The notes beneath the pieces were generated by a model that did not search any database, was not told the origin of the DNA, and was given only the letters and a program-made list of their open reading frames with translations. A DNA stretch of 32,000 nucleotides, taken from NCBI RefSeq assembly GCF_000400465.1, contig NW_008806284.1, forward strand, positions 60,001-92,000. The letters are read 5' to 3'. Below, piece after piece: positions 21,491 to 32,000 of the stretch (position 1 is its first letter; every line of letters starts with the position of its first letter). The position numbers and the translations under genes are program-made. The stretch is from Wallemia ichthyophaga EXF-994. Lineage: Eukaryota > Fungi > Basidiomycota.

Positions 21491-22524
21491 CTGCGAACTG
21501 TCTCGTCTTGGTGGTTGAGGTCAGAGAGGCGAAGTGAGGGAAGGAGAGGAAACCTAGTAGGAGTAACGCCAAAGTAGACTTTAACGGACTTGCAGGTCTT
21601 CGTTGAAGTTCAGAGAGAGCTAAGCGGGTGGAAATACAGCTTACTGGGAGCAGCGCAGACTATTTACAGGGAAAGGGTTATACCCGCCTTACTATGGCCC
21701 CCAAGACGGCGAACCACAATGAAAAGAGGAAATGAGTGTGGGCCGCTTGAATACCGTAGTATCAGCCGGGAAGCTAAATTTTCTTTGGATCACGTAGCTT
21801 GTGCCTTGCCTTTGTTGTGTTTCACGAATCCCGCTACCCTCGTTCCTAATCATCCGGTTGACGGCATTCATAAAGTTGCTCAGCTACTTATACTCAAAGC
21901 CTTCGATGTATTCATTCGGTCTTAATGTTGACTGTTGGTTCTCAAGTGCTCTCGCTCCTAGTCACATGGCTATCGGCATGCACAGCATACGCTAAGGCGT
22001 AGCAAATACACGTTCGTCTATACTGTTAGTATTTGCAGGGCTTTCTTTATCTGGCTTCCTGTCCAATTACGCAAGCACATCAAAGACATTGTATCAACAA
22101 TGGTAATCTTCCACTAAACACATCGCACTCAATTCTCAGATGAGAGAATAGATATGAAGATGTGTAATGTGTATTGAATGGATCATCAACGTTTTATACA
22201 CGCTAATATTTAAACAAATAAGCTTAAATTGAGTTAAGTTCTAGAAAGTTAACGAAAACTGATGAATAAAAGAGATGAATTGTTTTGGTTTTTATATCTC
22301 CTGTAAATATCGCGGAAATCAATAACCATCTCTCAAAAAAGATGCATCTCTCTTTCGTCATCAGTTAGCTCCGTAGATTTACATTTCCGAGGAGTGAGAT
22401 TACTAGAGGCGTACACATATTTACGTATCGCAATCTTTGAGTGGTAATTCAAATTATTTTATTTTCTTCAATTGGAGATGTCTGCTGTGACGCACACGCA
22501 TGCGTTTCTTAGCACAAAACAACC

Positions 22525-25137
<2,613 letters not shown>

Positions 25138-25268
25138 ATTTGTATCTATTTATAGCATTTAAATTTCTTTCCTAACATTGAAACAATTAAGCATTCTTAG
25201 ATTCAAATTCAAAAATTCAAACATTCTCACATTACCAGAAGTATATAAATAAATTAGCAAAATTAACT

Positions 25269-26537
25269 TTACTTTCCACCAATCCGCTTGGATTTACCTG
25301 GTCTAGATTTCTTATTACCCTTGAATGGAGCATTTGTAGAGTCTTTAGTGTTTGACTTTGCGTGCTTCTTTTTACCTCCATGGCCAAATTTAGCATCGCG
25401 TGCACCTCTTGACATTTTCCTCTTTTTATTGTCATCTTTACCTTCTTTACCACCTTCAAGGGCATCTTCTAATTGGATATCGAAGTCATCATCACCAGCT
25501 TCAAGGCCATCAACGCCACCTTTCTTACGCTTGAGAGATTTAACCTTATCGATCATATCCTTCTTGGATTGCTGTCTCTCCATCATCTTTTCATTCTGGA
25601 CCTTTTTACCGACCTTCTTCAATTCGCGTTGCTTACGTGCCTTTTCAGAAGCTTCAATGTTAGATTTCTCATCCATCATCTTTTGACGTATCTTCTCCAT
25701 CTGTACATCAGTCTTGACCATTTCTGCGAAAAAGTCATTCGGTCTACTGAAAGGAACGCCAGCTTTGAGTACTTGTGGCTTAGCTCTCTCGACGGCTTCT
25801 AATGATTGCTTGTAGAAGGCTAATTCACGTGAAAGATCGTCATACACGTCTTCTGCACCTAAGTCTTTGATGGATTTTGACGAGGTTACTGCGAGTGTTT
25901 CAATGAAAGGTAACTTATCTGAGAGTTTGAAGTCGTTGAGGATACGTGTGATTGCAGATTTGTTATTGACTGTTACTTTGGTTGTTATTTGTGCTCTAGT
26001 ATCTTCATCGACGTCTTGAGCATCTTCAAGGGTGAGTGGGTGGGTGGATTCGTCTTCTTCTTCTTCAGAGTTTTCTTCATCGTCATCCTCTTCCTCGTCG
26101 TTGATGAAACCAGCACCGTCTTCTTGGTCATCCTCTTCATCCTCATCGTCGTCTTCGCTATTGTCATCACCTGAGACGAGAGCTTCATTGTCGACAAGGT
26201 CTTCTTGATCCTCTTGATCGTCGTCATCGTCGTCGTCGTTGTCATCGCCATTTTGAGACTAGAGTAGGTGAGCAAAAGACTAGATAAAAAGCCATAAACT
26301 AACTCCTTCTAATTGATTCAAGTAAGCTAATTGGTCTAGAGCTTGTTGATCTAAGCCATCCTCACCTAAAACTTTAATAAGCTTCTGCATTGATTCCTCG
26401 CTAACGCCGTCGAAATCTTCTTCGCCTGAGGAAGAATCTTCTAATTCATCTTGTTTGAGGATGTTCTTGATATTCTTGTTATCCTTGTTATCCTTGTTAT
26501 CCTTGATGTTGGATTTAGTTGATTTAGATTTTGGCAT
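25269..26537 (-). CDS. EBP2: rRNA-processing protein Ebp2; intron 26259-26303
   Basis: Long acidic N-terminus, then DDLSRELAFYKQ, RPNDFFAEMVKTD..MEKIR, KFGHGGKKKHAKSN, RPGKSKR. Confidence 0.9.
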
Positions 26538-26579
26538 TGTTGGGTGTAACAAACCACCAAGTCGAAAGTCAAATATTCA

Positions 26580-27512
26580 ATGCACCACCTCCCAGATTTA
26601 GCTCAATTTAAGAAATTACTTGATAAATTTGATACTTTCTTATTCGATTGCGATGGTGTCCTTTGGAGGGTTGGTAGTGTGCTCTAGGTCTACGTCACTC
26701 ACTCTACAACTCAGGGGAATGAACTTATCCCAGGAAGTAAAGAATTCGTTGATAAGATTAGAAAAGCCGGAAAGGATGTCATCTTTGTTACAAATAACGC
26801 TTCAAACAGTCGTAATCAATATAAGCAAAAATTTGATCAACTTGGTTTTAAAGTTGATGTTGATGAGATATTTAGCAGTGCATACGCATCTGCTGTCTAT
26901 CTCAAATACAATCTAAAGTTCCCTTCCGATAAGAAGGTTTTCGTCGTTGGTATGTCTGGATTAGAGGAGGAATTAGATAGCGAAGGTATAAAGCGTATTG
27001 GTGGCACTGATCCAGCCTACAATAAACTCGCGCCTCATGTCAACTTTAAAGAGATTAAACAGAACCTCGATAAGGATGTTGGTGCTGTTATCGCTGGTTT
27101 TGATATCATGCTCAACTATACAAAGTTATCTTACGCGCACTCATACCTCACCAGCCCAGAGCATGATGTTAAGTTTATCTTCACTAATGATGATTCCACG
27201 TTCCCTCAAGCGTGTGGAGTGTTCCCTGGTAGCGGTGCAATGAGCTCACCTTTGGCAGTGTCTTCTAAGCGCACTCCAATCGTCGTTGGTAAACCTAATG
27301 CACCAATGCTTGAGTGTATTCTCAAGAAGAAGCAACTTAAACCAGAGCGAACACTGATGATTGGTGATAGATTGAATACTGATATTGCTTTTGGGCAGCA
27401 TGGTAACGTCAAGACAATGTTAGTACTCTCTGGGGTTTGCAAGAAAGAAGATATAATTGGTGAGGGTATATACCCAGATTACATAGCACATTCACTTGGA
27501 CATATACATTAA
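26580..27512 (+). CDS. PHO13: HAD-IIA phosphatase (4-nitrophenylphosphatase / phosphoglycolate phosphatase); intron 26670-26714
   Basis: FLFDCDGVLWR|G, FVTNNAS, VGKPN, MIGDRLNTDIAFG. Confidence 0.85.
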
Positions 27513-27729
27513 TTGTTGTGTTAAAATACATAAACACCTGAATGAAATTAGAATTGATATATCACCAGTAAAAGACCCCTCTTGAAAGATAACGCAGTTT
27601 TTGTAGTGATCATATTACGCATGCGGCTCTTATTCAAAGCTGGGCAGCTTCACACGTGTTGTTGTAAATTTTCAATCACCGGGGTCTTGTTGAGGATGGC
27701 TTACCTGTTGGCGTTGTAGGCGCTGAGGT

Positions 27730-28984
27730 ATGTCTATCTGGTTGGAATACCTCAACGCCTTGTCTTTGCATTTGTCTGATTCATTCCTCAACGTAAGTAA
27801 ATCACCCGCAGACGTCCAGACATCCGAAGAAATTCCTCAAATTAAAAATCTCAGTGTGACAAAAAAACTGAAATACGTAGCGCTGACGTTGGACACTACG
27901 CTTATGATAAAAAAGAGACAAGAAGAGGATACTAGTAGCACTAGTGGGAGTACTAGTGGGAGTACTAGTGGGAGCAGCAGCAGCACTAGCAGTAGCAGCA
28001 GTTCAACCACATCATCATCGTCTTCGTCGAGCAGCTCTTCGAGTGCTTCGCCAACAAGCAACACTCCTAGCAGCTCTAGCAGGTACGTGTGGATACCCCG
28101 TACACTTAGTTCCTGATTGACATCACTAGTGATTCCAATAGCCCAACCCGCACATCCAATGATAGCAGCAGCAGCAGCAGCAGTATTGATAGTAGTAGCA
28201 GCCAGAGCAACACCACCACCAATTCAGATAGTACTGCATCATCCACTCCAAATCCCACCACCTCAATTGTTACAGTAACGCTCTCAAACGGTGGGCAAAT
28301 ATTTATTATGAGATAACAAGTTATAACACAAGCAGGTTCATCAACAACATCCGCAACCACCATCGGTGGTACCACTGGCTCTGCTTCCGACAGCGGCCAG
28401 GATATTGGTGCGATTGTTGGCGGTGTGAGTGGATTTCTCATTGAAACATCGAAATCCTACTAAACTGCTTTTAGAGCGTCGGTGGTGGTATAGGTGCCAT
28501 CCTTATCCTCGTAGCTGCCATCTTCTTCTTTCGTCGCCGTGTCGCCAAGAAGAAGCACGACGAGTATGACGGTGATATCTTTGATCCTCAGCGCTTCAGG
28601 CCGGATAATGAGGACGAATTTGGTATTGATGGTGCTCCAACGCCCTACACGCAGCAGCCAGCGAGTGTGACTGCGGGGAGTGGTAGTGGGAGTGGGAATG
28701 TACCGGGGAATGTACCGGGAATGACAGGCATTGGTGCAGCCGCGGGAGGTGCGGCATCGATACCAAACTCATCAACCCATCAACCCTCCAACCCCTCCTC
28801 AAATGCTGCTGCTGCTGCTGGTATCAAAACTCGCCCACTTCCCACCTCTAAACCAAGCCAGGTCAACGTACACACAGACGCTGGTCGATACAACGTCAAC
28901 AACGGCGATGACAATCCAGCTAATCTCCACTCAGATATACCCCCGACTTACGACTCTATTCACGTATATCCAGATAACGCTTGA
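27730..28984 (+). CDS. Ser/Thr-rich single-pass membrane protein (Mid2/mucin-like sensor); introns 28083-28129, 28291-28335, 28425-28474; 5' end uncertain
   Basis: KRQ motif, long S/T tract, IGAIVGG|SVGGGIGAILILVAAIFFFRRR transmembrane segment with basic stop-transfer, cytosolic tail ending PPTYDSI. Confidence 0.65.
27908..28080 (+). repeat. Low-complexity coding repeats (ACTAGTGGGAGT units, AGC runs) encoding the STSG/poly-Ser tract
   Basis: Tandem ACTAGTGGGAGT/AGC units are visible from about 27940 to 27980, followed by AGC/TCA runs. Confidence 0.8.
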
Positions 28985-29073
28985 TGACCATGTGAATATT
29001 TATTTATTATTTAACATTTCCTTGTATCGACCCATTTATGATTGTTTGTTTGCTTGTATGAATTAACTCAGTT

Positions 29074-29162
29074 GGCGAAGTAGTGTAATGGAATTAGCAC
29101 GTATTGTTCGGGTGAGGAGCGTCTGCATCAATATAGTCTGGGTTCAATTCCCAGCTTCGCCC
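29074..29162 (+). tRNA. tRNA-Pro(CGG) with a 15-nt intron (29113-29127)
   Basis: Acceptor stem GGCGAAG/CTTCGCC, discriminator C, anticodon stem TATTG/CAATA, loop TT-CGG-G|T, T-arm CTGGG-TTCAATT-CCCAG, and a downstream T5 terminator near 29174. Confidence 0.85.
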
Positions 29163-29200
29163 CTAAATAATCATTTTTACGACAACCTCACCTCTCACAC

Positions 29201-30489
29201 ATGTACGTCAATGTACGCCGACTATCAAATGCCTACAAATTTCGCAACTCGCTTGGTGTGTGGTGGTGTTATTTAGGCGGCTGAGCTGAGTAATTAAACC
29301 CAAACAGGCACGGGCTCTTTCGCAGTCGAGCCACCTAAAGCGGTAGGTATGGCCATGAGCAGAGGTCAGCGGCTATATCAAGAGGACAGCGTGTCTGCCA
29401 AAGTGCTCAACCTGCCCATCACTCCCCACACACTTGACTCTCAATGCGCCTACTTCGGCATATTCGACGGACACGGTGGTGATTACGTTTCCCGCTATCT
29501 CCGCGATAGTCTGCCAGGAGTCATTGAAAGAATAACCACGCGTGACTGGAACCTTATCGACTATTTCAGAGTCTACGGTAGGCGTTGGCGTTGGCGGTTA
29601 ACGTGGTCTATCACTCACAACGTCACGACGTCATCCAGGCAACTATTTCCCTCAAGAGGAATTGGACGCAGAGAGTGCTACGAGAGATTCTCACTCTCAT
29701 CTTAGTCTCCACGATAGACTCAAACTGGCTTTTTTGAAGGTGGGCATGGTGTTGCGATCCAAGACACCGCTCACACACTCCTCACAGGCAGACAAGAGGA
29801 CAATCACCGATGCGCAGAACCGCGGCTACCTGTGCGGATCGACTGCCTCAGTTTTGTTGCTGCACAGTCTCGATGATCCACCCTCGCCGTACGCATTCAG
29901 TCGTCGTCTGCAGCTCACAACGGCGCACTGCGGCGACACGTGCGTGGTGCTCGTGAAAGCGCACGCTGGCAAAGCCCACCGCCTCACGCTCGACGACCAT
30001 GCCGACAACGTCGGTGAGATGGAGCGATTGAAATCCTTCCACGGCGCACTCGTGCAGGACTCTTACGGCGAATCCCTTTTTCTTGGCCAGCTCGCCAACA
30101 CGCGCAGTATCGGCGATGCCAAATATAAAAGCTGGGGCGTCACGCCCGAGCCCCATACCCAGAGTGTGGAGGTAGATGGAGATGCTTATAGCATGGCTAT
30201 CCTTCTCAGTGATGGTGTCACTGGCGTCGTTGGTGTGCAGGAGGCGGCTGATGTCGCTTCGAGCAAGTTTGGCCAGTCTTTGCAGTTCGGTAGAGCCGCT
30301 CAGGCAGCCGCGCAGGCTGTCGTCGATTTCGCTATCGATGTTGGCGCTGATGATAACTGCTCCGCTGTCGTTGTTCCGCTTCCAGGTTTCGCTAATGCTG
30401 GTAAAGGTAGAGATAGGACCCGCGATTTGCGCGATTATCGATTGCAGGTTGCCAACGACCCTAGCAACGTCAGACAGAAGAGGCAGTGA
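29201..30489 (+). CDS. PP2C-family phosphatase, probably mitochondrial (Ptc6-like); introns 29256-29307, 29578-29638, 29740-29787
   Basis: Basic presequence-like N-terminus, RGQRLYQED, FGIFDGHGG, CGSTA, AHCGD, LANTRSIGD, LSDGV, ADDNCS. Confidence 0.82.
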
Positions 30490-30621
30490 TGGGGTGGGGT
30501 GGTGGTGGGTCTGAGCCTGCTGCTATGAGCAATGCTATGCCTTCCACGCTAATATAACGACGATGTAATTATTCTATGTATTCTATCCATTATACCACCT
30601 CCTTCCTTTCCAACTACACGC

Positions 30622-32000
30622 TCATCCACCCCGACTGTCGCGCCACGTCTCGTATGCTGTGAGCATCTCTTGCGTGATGCGCCGACGCACGTTCCAGCAA
30701 GCCTGCACAAAGTGCTCCTTGCGTACATAAGCAGCGTGGAGATCCTGCTGCATTGCGCGCATCGCTGCATCTTGACAGACGCTGACTATCTCAGCACCAC
30801 TGCATCCCTGTGTCTGTATGGGGTGTTAGAATACCCCACTCAACGAGACAACCACCAACCATAACAGCCAACTCGTCAACATTCACACCCTCTTCCACTG
30901 CCATCTTGCTCAGTCGTATACTGAACAGCTCCCTGCGCGCTTCCAGCTCAGGTGGGCCGACGTAGCTGTGATTGTTTTTGTTAGTCTTTTGCTCGCAGAG
31001 GAGGGAGGAGAAAGGTGAGTGGATGCTACTCACATAATACGGTCAAGCCTTCCTGGACGCATGAGGGCGGAATCCTGTCGAGCAAATGAGTGAGTGAGCA
31101 AGTAAACAAACAAGTTGTTTATGCGTGCGCAATGCAATCACTCCGTCAGACTTACGATGACTTGTGGTTTATTCGTAGCAGCTAGAACAGTGACACCATT
31201 GAGTTCCTCTATGCCGTCCATCTGGTCATTGCGCGCGTCAGTCGGGTGTCTAAAGCTGACTACAATGTGCTATAAACCCACCTCATTGAGCATGCTTGCT
31301 ACCATGCCCGACGTTGTAGATGTGTTGTCATCACGCGCAGCTGCAATGCTGTCCATTTCATCCTGTCAGTGAGTGGTTGAGATGTGTAAGAGGTGAGAGA
31401 ATGGAGTTAAAGTGACGCACAAAAAAGATTATTGACGGCGCGGCTGCGCGGGCTTTGGCAAAAATATCACGAATAGCTTTCTCAGACCCGCCAACGAATT
31501 TGTCAAGCAGCTGTGTAGTATTAGCCATACCGACAACACCTCCACACGCATGTCATACTCACCTCTGGTCCCTTAACAGCGAGAAAATTGATTCCGCTTT
31601 CCCCCGCGAGAGCCTTTGCAGCGAGAGTTTTACTACACCCCGGTGGACCGTAGAGCAGCACGCCTCTGGGCGGTGTGAGGCCGAGGCGAGAGAAAGTATT
31701 TGCGTGGCTGAGTGGCCACATGACACTCTGCGTCAGCTGCTTCTTGACCTCTTCCTGTCCTGCTATATCACCGAAGCGAATCTCGGGGATGGTGAGCTGC
31801 ACGGATCGCAGAGCGGACGGGCGGATATGAGGAAGGCTATCGAGGAGATCCGTGTGTGTGAGATACGCCGATTGCTTACCTAAGATAGCACGCTTGATTG
31901 CAGTAGTAGATGCAGCGCGCACGAGAGATGCGAGATCCGCTCCAACAAATCCATGCGTCTTGCTTGCGACCGAGCGCAGATGCGTGTCGGAGGTTTGTGT
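30622..32000 (-). CDS. AFG2: Type II AAA ATPase, Afg2/Drg1 (SPATA5)-like, C-terminal part; several introns (e.g. 30966-31033); 5' end outside the window
   Basis: [43 protein letters not shown]|[18 protein letters not shown]. Stop TGA at 30624-30622. Confidence 0.78.

Noticed and set aside
21674-21680. Minus-strand TAACCCT as a telomerase RNA template
   Set aside because: Only 7 nt match, short of 1.5 repeats, with no recognisable pseudoknot or other support. Expected by chance.
21620-21690. GCGGGT...ATACCCG pairing reminiscent of TPP riboswitch P2
   Set aside because: The CUGAGA, ACCUGAU and UAAU core motifs are missing, and no thiamine gene is adjacent.
22136-22188. Minus-strand TTGATGA...CTGA pair resembling a C/D snoRNA
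   Set aside because: It is only 53 nt long, lacks a convincing terminal stem, and I recognise no rRNA or snRNA complement in its guide position.
28291-28335. In-frame TAA (28314-28316) in the Mid2-like gene suggesting readthrough or a 30-nt intron
   Set aside because: A modal 45-nt intron GTGGGC..TATAAC..GCAG (28291-28335) removes the stop and keeps the frame.

Overview
Eukaryotic genomic DNA from a very gene-dense, intron-rich fungus. Introns are mostly 45-60 nt and genes are often under 100 bp apart. Protein sequences look basidiomycete-like, and the compaction suggests a Wallemia-like genome (inference). The window holds about 20 housekeeping genes: arginase, a SNF2 helicase, RPL2/uL2, CDK8, a NOSIP-like gene, TUM1 sulfurtransferase, SGT2, a MAK11-like WD40 gene, oxalate decarboxylase, mitochondrial EF-Tu, SNX4, a SET methyltransferase, actin, an Iec1-like zinc finger, CDC48, EBP2, PHO13, a Mid2-like sensor, a PP2C and an AFG2-like AAA ATPase. 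It also holds one intron-containing tRNA-Pro(CGG). No mobile elements or CRISPR arrays are evident. The standout region is the apparently empty 7.5-8.3 kb interval. On the minus strand, starting 7 nt after the TUM1 stop codon, a chain of long introns separated by two 9-nt micro-exons carries four box C/D snoRNAs: a U6 Am47 guide (mgU6-47/SNORD7-like), an 18S guide (U44/SNORD44-like) and two tandem snR52-like 25S A-loop guides. One intron appears nested inside another, so that the outer 3' splice site is only built after the inner intron is removed. Reference RNA sequences used for guide assignment are recalled from memory and need Rfam/Infernal confirmation.
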